Shown here: positions 1-8,335 of the stretch, one piece after another
Numbering within the stretch: position 1 is the first letter of the stretch
How the letters are laid out: each line of letters opens with the position of its first letter
Assembly (NCBI GenBank): GCA_963745835.1
Contig: CAVUZH010000025.1
Span: forward strand, 64,001-128,000
Reading direction: 5' to 3'
Length of the DNA: 64,000 nucleotides
Source: an uncultured delta proteobacterium
GTDB taxonomy: Bacteria; Desulfobacterota; Binatia; UBA9968
Position numbers and translations under genes: made by a program
The notes under the pieces: generated by a model
Databases searched by the model: none
Told to the model about the DNA's origin: nothing
The model's input: only the letters and a program-made list of their open reading frames with translations

Positions 1-107
1 ATCGTAGATGGAAAAGATAATGACTTCTCTCGGCTGCGAGCGGTCAAGGGTGTGTTGCCGGCGAATAGTTCCTGGCGCGAGCTGGCGGAATCGGAAAAGG
101 TGACCGT

Positions 108-1226
108 ATGAGTGACAGATCGACTTTCGCTCGGAGTATTTGTCACTGTTTCACCATGCCGGCGGCATCACCGTATCGCGGCATCGGTTTCATTGCACTT
201 GCAATGGCATTCTTTCTAACCGGCCCCTACTTCGCGTCCGCGCAGACGTCTTCCTCGGCTAGACTGCAAAAAGCGGTGGCTATGGTCGGCGCGCGCAGCG
301 GAGCCTCTTGGCCGCTTTGGTTGGCGAAAGACGGCGGCTATTACCAGAAACACGGCCTCGACGTCGAGCTGGTGTATGCGGTTCACCCGGCGCCCATGGC
401 AGCCGTGATCAGCGGCCAGGCGGTGATGACTTCCACAGGGGCCGATCTAGGCTTACTTGCAGCCTTCAGAGACCCATCGTTGACTCTGAACGGGAGCTTC
501 TTGAACAAAGGCAGTTTCGCCATGGTCGCTGCAAAAAATCTGAGTCGCATGGAACAACTTTCCGGCAAGAAAATCGGCATCGGCAGAGTCGGCGACCCTC
601 CTTATTACATGAGCATCAGCCTGCTGGAAAAATTCGGCGTGACGGCCCGGGACGTACAATGGGTTTCGATCGGTGTGGACGCCGCCGCGCGCGCCGCTGC
701 GTTGCAGGGTGGCCAAGTCGATGCGGCTCTCGTTACCGCGCCGTCTTATTTTCGGCTGGAAGCCGCTGGTTATCCGATTCTCGCGTCGGTGGCGGATTAT
801 GAGGACATTTATGTTTCAACCTATCATTTGTTCCGGAAAGAAACGGTTTTAAACACACCGAAGATCGCCGAAGCTTTCATCAAAGCCCACAGCGAAGCCA
901 TCAAGCGTTTTTACGATGATAAACCCTTCGCGGTTCAGACAATTTTTAAATATGGCGCCGCCCGGGATCAACAGGACGGAAGCAAAGTCTACGAGCTGTT
1001 CAACAAGAGCCGCAGTTTCGAACCGGTGCCCTACGTTCTCAAGGATTCGGTAAAAGCTGTCGTAGAGCGGCAGAGCCAGGCGCAACCGCAAATAAAGCAG
1101 TTCGACTTTTCGAAGGTCATCGACAACAGCATTGTCGACCGGCTTGCGAAAGAGGGATTTTTTCAGCAGATCTTCGGATCATCGATTAGAGAGTTGCAGC
1201 AGAAGCGTAAGTCGCAGTCTTTTTAG
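108..1226 (+). CDS. ABC-type solute-binding protein, NMT1/THI5/SsuA-like family
   Basis: Signal-like hydrophobic stretch (IGFIALAMAFFLTGPYFASAQ), WLAKDGGYYQKHGLDVEL, LSGKKIGI, AALQGGQVDA motifs; real start may be 156; no permease or ATPase adjacent. Confidence 0.85.
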   Translation: MSDRSTFARSICHCFTMPAASPYRGIGFIALAMAFFLTGPYFASAQTSSSARLQKAVAMVGARSGASWPLWLAKDGGYYQKHGLDVELVYAVHPAPMAAVISGQAVMTSTGADLGLLAAFRDPSLTLNGSFLNKGSFAMVAAKNLSRMEQLSGKKIGIGRVGDPPYYMSISLLEKFGVTARDVQWVSIGVDAAARAAALQGGQVDAALVTAPSYFRLEAAGYPILASVADYEDIYVSTYHLFRKETVLNTPKIAEAFIKAHSEAIKRFYDDKPFAVQTIFKYGAARDQQDGSKVYELFNKSRSFEPVPYVLKDSVKAVVERQSQAQPQIKQFDFSKVIDNSIVDRLAKEGFFQQIFGSSIRELQQKRKSQSF

Positions 1227-1275
1227 TCTAGCAGGGTTCCTGAAAAAACTCTGATTGCAGGCGGCTCCAAAAGAC

Positions 1276-2214
1276 TCAGAGGCGAGAGTAAGAAAAAGAG
1301 TAGATGTTGATAAAAGAGTTAAGAAAAGAGAGAAGTAAGAGAAAGAAAGAGAAAAGAGAGAAATGGGAGATTAAAAGAAGAAAAGAGATATAAGGTAGAA
1401 AAAATAGGATAGAAGAGAAAAGAAGAAGAGAGAAGAAAGAAGAGAAGTAGAGAGAGGAAAGAAAAGAAGAAAGAAAGAGAAAAAAGGAGAGAAGGAAAAG
1501 AAAAAAAAAAATATAAAAAAAAAGAGGAGAGAAAAAAAAGAGAGAAGAGATATGAAAAAGATAAAGATGAAAAAGATAAGGAAGAGAGGAAAGAAAAGAG
1601 AGAATGAAGAAGGGAAAGATAAGAGGAAAAATATAGAGAAGATATAATAGATAAAGAGAGAAAGGAATATGAGGGAAGAGAAGAAAAAGATAGATAAAGA
1701 AGAGAGAAAGAAAAGATAAGAAGAGAAAGAAAATGAGAAAAAATAAGTTTGAGAAAGGAAAAGAAGATAAGAGAAAGAGGATAAGTAAAAGAGGAGAAGA
1801 AAATAGGTGAGATGGAGAAGAGGAGAGAAGAGAGAGAGAAGATATAGGATAGAAGGAGAGGGAAAAGAGAGAAGAGAGGGAAGAAAGGATAATAGAAAGA
1901 GAGAGAAGAAAAAGGAAAAGATAAAATAGGTATAGGAGAAAAGAAGGATAGATAAGGAGAAGAGAAGAGAATAGGAGAGGGTAAAAGAAGAAGAAGGGGA
2001 ATGAGGAAGAGAGAGAGAGAAAGAAAAGAATAAGAAGATAGACGAGAAGGGTGGATAAGAAAAAAAGAAAAGAGAATAAGAGAGAAAGAAAAGGTATAAG
2101 AAGAGAGAAGATAAGAGCCTCTAGATTCGGGATAGATTCTCTACTACCGCCCGGACGCATAGCGATATCCAGCGTAGCTTTCGATACGTCGATTCCGACA
2201 AACAAGCTCTCTAC
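1276..2214 (-). pseudogene. IS110 transposase/recombinase: first ~33 codons intact, remainder corrupted to low-complexity sequence
   Basis: VVESLFVGIDVSKATLDIAMRPGGSRESIPN followed by F/L/S-rich sequence that keeps IS110 motif spacing (FPFFFFYP ~ LPVVVVNP; LLYIFPLIFP ~ LLxSVPGIGP; SSLYFSS ~ AALYMAA; LLSFLNSFI ~ LLTILNSMI). Confidence 0.75.
1284..2117 (+). repeat. ~830 bp A/G-rich low-complexity tract
   Basis: Only one C (position 2043) on the + strand, in an otherwise GC-rich window. Confidence 0.95.
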
Positions 2215-2328
2215 CACAATCCAATCCTCCTTCCTGTTAACCCCCTCCAGCATGGCTCAACCTTCCACATGATGCGGGCTTATCAGCCCAGGCAACTGTT
2301 CGAGCTCTCGCAGAGGCAGGACGGGAAG
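1285..2328 (-). mobile_element. IS110-family insertion sequence (degraded in this consensus)
   Basis: DEDD-type N-terminus FVGIDVSKATLDIA on minus strand; AG (CT on element strand) at both 1285-1286 and 2327-2328; removing the element joins CTCAGAGGCG-AG-GCGCGCGAGA; no terminal inverted repeats. Confidence 0.7.
2254..2306 (-). ncRNA. Candidate IS110 bridge-RNA donor-binding loop (partial)
   Basis: Minus strand folds as GCUCGA-[ACAGUUGCCU]-GGGCU(GAUA)AGCCC-[GCAUCAUGUGGAAGG]-UUGAGC, i.e. stem / large internal loop / hairpin, directly upstream of the transposase. Confidence 0.55.
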
Positions 2329-2340
2329 GCGCGCGAGATT

Positions 2341-2407
2341 GGCATATGGCTGATAGCCTATGGCGCACAGATCGAACCAAGGAAACATACGCCGTAAGCC
2401 ACCTGCC
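2341..2407. repeat. Imperfect 22-bp inverted repeat (REP-like host element flanking the IS110)
   Basis: GGCATATGGCTGATAGCCTATG (2341-2362) matches the reverse complement of 2386-2407 at 16/22 positions. Confidence 0.55.
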
Positions 2408-2430
2408 AACTATCGTTACGGAGGTGAACC

Positions 2431-3315
2431 ATGGGTAAATTTCGTATTCTATCGCACGCGCGCCTGCAAGAATGGGTCGCGGAAGAGAGCGGCTATTTCA
2501 AGCAGGTCGGTTTGGATTACGAGTTCGTTGTCAAACCGGCCGCGGGCTGGTCCGCCCATGTAGCGTCTACCGAATCGGTGCCGGAGGAAATAAAAAACGG
2601 CGCCTTCGAATCGTATGAAGCCGGCCGAGGCTGCGACGTCAGCGCCGCTTGCCATTGGGCGGTGAATATGGCGGCTTCTGCGGGACACGGCCGCATGTGG
2701 GCCCATGCCTACTCCGTCACTCCTTCAGGCATTTTCGTGCCGCCTGATTCTCCCATCGAAAAACCAGCCGATCTGGCCGGAGTCGATGTGACCGTCGGCT
2801 ATCATTCGGGCAGTCACTTTTCTACCCTGCAGGCGCTTGAGACCTTTCTCAAGCCCGAAGAGATAAAGCTCCACTTTGCCGGTCTGCCGTTAGACCGATT
2901 AGCTTTGATGGTCGATCGAAAGGTCGGGGCGGCGAGCCTGTACGGCGCTCCGATGTACGTGCTGGAGCAGCTCGGGTTCAGGAAAATTGTCGACACGACG
3001 TTCATGATCGGATTCCTGGTCGCCGCCGAGGTTAAGGACAGCGACGCCAAGCTCTACTTCGAGGCGTTGCGCCTTGCGCAGGTCGCGATCGATCTGGAAC
3101 CCGAGCGCTACAAGCATTATTTTTTGAACGAGCTGCCGGAGCGCTATCACGCCATGGTCGATGTCCGGACCTTCGGTATCGGCGAGCGGCTGGTGTTCGA
3201 GCCCTATACTCGAGAGATGTTTGAGCAAACGCATCGTTGGATGATGAACTGGAAAATGTTTCCAGCGGAGCAGTCGGGAAATTGGGCTTATGACGACCGC
3301 GGTGTCTGTAGATGA
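2431..3315 (+). CDS. Solute-binding-protein-fold protein (NMT1/THI5-like) without a signal peptide
   Basis: RBS GGAGGT; EWVAEESGYFKQVGLDYEF, PDSPIEKPADLAG motifs; no hydrophobic N-terminus. Confidence 0.75.
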   Translation: MGKFRILSHARLQEWVAEESGYFKQVGLDYEFVVKPAAGWSAHVASTESVPEEIKNGAFESYEAGRGCDVSAACHWAVNMAASAGHGRMWAHAYSVTPSGIFVPPDSPIEKPADLAGVDVTVGYHSGSHFSTLQALETFLKPEEIKLHFAGLPLDRLALMVDRKVGAASLYGAPMYVLEQLGFRKIVDTTFMIGFLVAAEVKDSDAKLYFEALRLAQVAIDLEPERYKHYFLNELPERYHAMVDVRTFGIGERLVFEPYTREMFEQTHRWMMNWKMFPAEQSGNWAYDDRGVCR

Positions 3316-4007
3316 CCCCGCATATGAGCTACCGGGTTGGTGTTGTTGGCTGACGTTGACATCAAACCCGGGACCAACGGCGTAAATTTGTATTCGCCTC
3401 TATCCAGCCTGAAGAGGCTGTCTGCATCTCGGACTATTCAACCTATAGCGCGGCCGGCGGCGCGTCGATCGCTCAGTGTTCTTGCTCTACCATGTGTTTT
3501 TAAACTGCGTTCTGATGGGATTTAGAGCCGCCCCTTTAACCGCTTATGCCCATGAACGAGGCCGTTTTTGCTGTGCCAGAATCGGAAAGTGATTGAAGTC
3601 TTCCGCAATCCGGTCAACTCACGGATCGGGGTTGGACTGAGGAACGCGGGTAATCAATCAGTAGGAAACAAACTACATCCTTGAATCTCCAATCAGTCCC
3701 TTTCTTAGCGGCAAGGTTTTCTGTACGGCTCAGGATGATTCGGGCAGGCGGGATAATTCCCCGAGACGCAAAGGCGAGGTCCAGCGGCGAGCAACCTAGA
3801 TGGACCAGTTCCGTTGGCCAAGATCTCCTGTATTGACCAGGAGTTGAAAATTCCTGGTCTACGAGTTACCGACTCGACTAGGACTGTTTCACAGCGGGAG
3901 CTTACGGAACGACCTGGGAGGCTCCAGATAACACCAGCGTTAAGATCGTCTCAATGATCTTGCGTCTATGATGTTGGCCGGTTTAACACCGCATCGTCGG
4001 ATCGGAT

Positions 4008-4479
4008 TTACAGCCTCTCGCTATGCGTGTGTCTGTGACTGATGGCCTCTGTTCCTCGCTCCCATCTCTGTGCGACATCTTTGCAGACCCGAAATCCGAA
4101 CCGTTGATAGAACCCGGCAATGCCACTGCCATCGGTCAAGGTAACGGACACATAGTGCGACCGTTGCAGGTGCGCCAGCAGCCCACGCATACACTGGCTC
4201 GCAATCCCACGACGGCGATAGTCAGGGTGCGTGATGACATCCAACACTTGGGCCACGTACGGGTCGCCACAGACACGCGCGAATCCTACAAAGGTGCCCT
4301 CGGCCGTGTGAGCAGCGATGTAGTAGTGGCTGAGGCGCAGCATTTCGGTCGTTTCAGCCTCGATGCGTCGGTTTTGACTGTCCCAGCCAATGTATCGATA
4401 GAGGGCATTCAGTTGGGAAAGGTCAACGCTCGCCGTTTTCCGTGAAAGTGATGTCTGCTAACGACGCGTGCTCATTCAT
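4008..4479 (-). CDS. GNAT-family N-acetyltransferase (one frameshift near 4435)
   Basis: FVGFAR, DVITHPDYRRRGIA (acetyl-CoA motif), FYQRFGF; N-terminus MNEHASLADITFTEN lies in another frame from 4479. Confidence 0.8.
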
Positions 4480-4766
4480 AGAGTACTCGGAGTATCCCTG
4501 CGGTAGTTTGTAACCGCGACCTAACGGGCAAGCGTTTCTTAGATTCATTGTCGATGCCATATTGTGATGCAGTCTAACATATCAGATGGCTTGCGGTTCA
4601 CCTCGTCGCAAGCGCCGTCCAATAATCTCACCGTAGACTTTTCACTACCCTGGGGTAGAGAAAAAACTATCCTTCAGGCGTATAGCGGTCTGACTTAAGA
4701 TCCCGCCCACTCGAAATTCTTCCGTTCACTCAACAACATACTTCATCGAGCTTCACGCCCTGAGCG

Positions 4767-4782
4767 TGGCACGACGGTTGCC
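4767..4782 (+). promoter_or_regulatory. sigma54 (-24/-12) promoter
   Basis: TGGCACGACGGTTGCC fits TGGCACG-N4-TTGC with exact GG-N10-GC spacing; intergenic, ~235 bp upstream of the haloperoxidase-like gene. Confidence 0.7.
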
Positions 4783-5017
4783 AAAGAAAATCTGCGTCTT
4801 TTGTCTGGCCGTACACCCATTTCGATCCCCTCGTGGGCGTTGGCGTTCTCCCCTGGCTGTTTACTCAACAAGAAGAAAGGAGGTGATGTTATTGCTTGTC
4901 GGATTGGAAGATGAAGACAAAGAGGATGACTAGAGAGACAAGAAAGCACGTCACCAAAATAGCAGATGTACAGCGGGTAGTGCTTACCCTCCGCTTGTTC
5001 TGCAAACGAGAGGTCTT

Positions 5018-6345
5018 ATGAAAAAATTATTTTTGGCATTTTTCATGCTGTTGCTTTTCCTCAGTGCCGGAGGGTCGCGTATTGCCAGGGCGGATGCGGT
5101 CACCGACTGGAATGCAAACGCGGGCAAAGCCGCCATCGCCGCTTGTATATCTCCCGCTGACGACCCACTCCATGAATCACGGATGTATGCCATGATGCAT
5201 ATAGCGCTCCATGATGCGCTGAATGCCATCGACCGGCGCTCCCGTCCTTATGCGTACGATGATAAAGAGCGGGCACGCGTTTCCGTGGATGCCGCTGCAG
5301 CGGCAGCGGCCCGCGACGTCCTTGTCCAGGTCCTTGGCCAAATCTCTGCTCCTTTTCTCCCGGCGTGCATCGCTAACGGTATCGCCAGTGTGGAGGCAGA
5401 CTATACCGCTGCCCTCGCGACGATCCCGGATGGCCCTGGTAAGACTCAGGGCCTGCAGATAGGGCAGGACGCTGCCGCTGCCATCCTTGCGCTCCGCGCC
5501 GGCGATGGGTCAGACACCCCGTTAATCGATGATACCTACCCGAAGGGGATGAATGCGGGCGAATGGCACTTCACTCCAACGTCCTTCGCTTTCGCACCGG
5601 GCTCGGGAAACATTACGCTGTTCGTGCACCGCGACGGCGCCCGAGCCCGCTCGGGTCCTCCTATGCCGTCACCAGCAAGAAATACACAGCCGACTTCAAA
5701 GAGGTGAAAAGACTGGGCGGTGACGACGTAACGACACCGAGCGAGCGCACAGAGGAGCAGACTCAAATCGGTATTTTCTGGATCGAGAACTCGCCCCTGG
5801 CATGGAATCGCATCGCGCGCACCGTCTCCGCCACTGAAAAACTCGACCTGTGGGAGAATGCTGGCTGTTCGGCTTGCTCAACATGGCAATGGCCGATGGT
5901 TACATCGGGTCATTCGAAACGAAATACCATTACAGTTACTGGCGCCCGGTAACCGCTATTCGGATAGACGAATTGACGGCAGGTCGGACACAACTGGAGA
6001 TCCGACCTGGACGCCGCTGCAACTGACGTATCCCATACCTGACTACGACTCGGCGCACAGCGTTGAAGGTGGCGCAGCCGAGGAGGTTTTAAAGCGATTC
6101 TCGAGATTGACCGCATCAGGTTCATGGCTTGCAGCTTGTCACTGCCGATAGTAGAAGAGCAGTGCGGCGGCGCATCAGAGGTGCTGCGGCAGTACAAAAG
6201 CTTCTCCCAGGCGGCGGAAGAGAACGGTGAGTCGCGGATTCTGATCGGCATTCACTTTTGTGAAGGAGTCGAGGAGGAAATGAGGCATGGGCGTAAGATC
6301 GCCGACCGTGCGGTCGATGGGTTCATGGAGCCGATAAAAAAATAG
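5018..6345 (+). CDS. Secreted vanadium-dependent haloperoxidase / PAP2-superfamily protein (about 4 frameshifts)
   Basis: Signal peptide, DAVTDWN, AMMHIALHDALNAI, KYHYSYWRPVTAIR, PDYDSAHS and SRILIGIHF motifs spread over several reading frames. Confidence 0.8.
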
Positions 6346-6371
6346 CGGCACTGCCTCCGCATCCTTATCCT

Positions 6372-6422
6372 GCAGTAACGTAGCCCGGATTCTGGCTCGT
6401 TCCATCTGGGCTACCTTACTGC
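6372..6422. repeat. GTAG-family REP-like hairpin
   Basis: GCAGTAA-C-GTAGCCCGGAT ... ATCTGGGCTAC-C-TTACTGC inverted repeat just after the stop codon. Confidence 0.6.
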
Positions 6423-6504
6423 GTCACGGGTCGGCCCTACGCAGAATAACGTTTTTTGCGCGTTTCATTCGTTCACGTTCCTGTATGCCGAAATAGACGT
6501 TCCC

Positions 6505-7895
6505 GGTAGCGTCAAGAGTTGTGTGTAAATTTTAGGGGTTGCAGAAGCCAATTTTGATTGAGGTGATGAAAGACGGCGAAGACTATTCGTTGAAAGGCTC
6601 TGAGTATGAGCCATGACCCCCATGGGCCGAGTTCTTCGTCTCACCTCTCGAAACGCTCTTTCGATTAAGTTGGTGGTTCTCAGTCGACTCCAGAGCTCAG
6701 AGTTTTTGATCTGGAAAAAGCTCAGCAGCTGATCGAAGTCTTTCTTCAAGCAAGCCACCGCCCTGGGATAGGCCTTGCTCCAGCGGGAGGACAATCGCCA
6801 GTAGGCGTTCGTCGCTTCACGGCGGTTGGCAGCATGGCTGATGCGGTTTAAAGCCTTCTTGACCGCCAGCTGATCGTTCTTTTTCACTTTGTCCAAGACG
6901 TTTCTGGTCTTATGCGCCCAGCAACGCTGCAAAAGGGTCTTGGGATAAACGATCTGTAAGGCTTGATGAAGTCCAGTGCCGCCATCGGTGGCGATCAGCT
7001 CACACGGGCCTCCTTTAAGCCCTCTTTTATACAGATCCCCTAAGAACGCTTCCCAACACGCCTCCGATTCACTGGCTGCCGGATAGAAATCGATCATCTC
7101 CTGGCGGCCTTGTACCGTGATGCCAAAGGCACAAAGTAAGATCTTCTTTTGGACCTTGAGCGCTCCTTTGCTCTTTAACACTACCCCATCGAAGAACAGA
7201 TACCGGTACTGATCCTCAAGACCACGGCCGTGATAGCGGCTGACCTCCCGGTCCAAATCCCGCGCGATGCGCGAAATGGTGGCGGCCGACACCGTCTCCC
7301 CCAGCACAGGGGCCAGCACCGAGGCGGCTTTGCGCGTGGAAAGCCCCAAACAAAAACACGCCAACAGGACCCGATCCACCGACCGGCAGCGCCGCGCGTA
7401 GCGCTCAAAAAGCTTGGAGGGAAACTTTCCCCTACGGCTGCGCGGCACCAATAGCTCTATATCTCCCATCTCGGTCAACAGGTGTCTGACATAGTAGCCA
7501 TTTCTATAATCGTGCCGGTCCGCCGGCATGCTCGTAGCGAGCCACTCCCAGATAATCCGCCATCTCTTCTTCCAAGCGTTTCTCTAGGAGATCCTTGAGC
7601 GCTTGGCGCGCCATCGGTTTAAAGTCTCCCTCCCAGTCAAATCTGTTGATCTCCCGCATCGCGCGCGATACATTCCTTGGCGTTGCTTGATCGAGCAGCA
7701 TAGGGGTGCCCTCCGGTTGTTTGTGTTGGTTGCACAACTCTGGAGTTAGCACCCCTTCTCTTTTCCCAATCCAAATAGTCCCTCGGCCTTTCCCTTAACC
7801 ACCTCGAAATCTCCTCTCCTCGGCCATATCTGAAAGCCATTTCTCTCCACTTCCCTCTCTCCCTTCCCAATTTACACACAGATCTATACATCACC
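6505..7895 (-). mobile_element. IS256-family insertion sequence, 1391 bp
   Basis: 27-bp terminal inverted repeats GGTAGCGTCAAGAGTTGTGTGTAAATT / GGTGATGTATAGATCTGTGTGTAAATT (20/27 identical) enclosing a transposase; no target duplication. Confidence 0.9.
6512..7701 (-). CDS. IS256-family (Mutator) DDE transposase, frameshifted near 7530 and 6590
   Basis: YRNGYYVRHLLTEMGDIELLVPRSR, GLSTRK, YLFFDG, TDGGTGL, QRCWAHKTRN, RTTNLIERAFREVRRR. Confidence 0.9.
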
Positions 7896-8090
7896 CCGGA
7901 CTCTGAAGCGGTTGACAGCGAAGTTCAAGGTCGGATAGGCTCTCGAACCGGATCCAAGAGCCTCGCGTTTTCAGCCTCGTCGCGATTAGCGAAGCGACAG
8001 TTCTCTTAGAATAGCTTAGGAGAACTCTGGTGGGATGGCTTAGGGCAGCAAAGAAAAAAGACAATCCACAAGTTACCGAACTGAAGCCAA

Positions 8091-8250
8091 CTCAAGGAAG
8101 AGTTGCGCCGCGTCTCTGAAAACCTCGAATACCGCGAGGACGAACTCGCCGAAGCCTTAGAGCAGCAGACCCGCTACAAGTGAGATCCTGCGCGCAATCG
8201 CGAGCTCGCCACCGATATTCGACCGGTGCCGAGTTTGAGTTGGTGATCAA
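8091..8250 (+). pseudogene. Fused remnants: GAF-sensor coiled-coil linker plus the C-terminal motif of an ABC_sub_bind protein
   Basis: ELAEALEQQTATSEILRAIASSP / TDIRPV followed directly by EFELVIN (compare KFELVIN in the next gene); no complete ORF. Confidence 0.6.
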
Positions 8251-8335
8251 CACCGGTAAGCGGACGAACTGACTGACTAGGCGAGAGGCGCGAGACGTAA
8301 GGCCTGAGATAAGATTCAATCGTATAAGAAAATTT

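Noticed and set aside
1284-2117. Functional triplex/H-DNA or DGR variable region
   Set aside because: No mirror symmetry, template repeat or reverse transcriptase seen; the tract coincides with the IS body
1276-2253. 325-aa Phe/Leu/Ser-rich 'membrane protein' and the Lys/Arg/Glu-rich antisense ORF
   Set aside because: Products of the low-complexity tract, which is better explained as a corrupted IS110 transposase
2329-2407. Target-binding loop of the bridge RNA
   Set aside because: Lies outside the inferred CT junction and is explained by its own 22-bp inverted repeat; not fully excluded
3835-3859. GACCAGGA/TCCTGGTC hairpin
   Set aside because: Isolated 8-bp stem with no U-tract or associated gene
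3930-4600. Integron cassette (attC) around the GNAT gene
   Set aside because: RYYYAAC-like words occur (4519, 4572), but there is no matching GTTRRRY partner, attC hairpin or integrase
7504-7540. Programmed frameshift in the IS256 transposase
   Set aside because: IS256 transposases are single ORFs, there is no slippery heptamer, and neighbouring genes have similar indels
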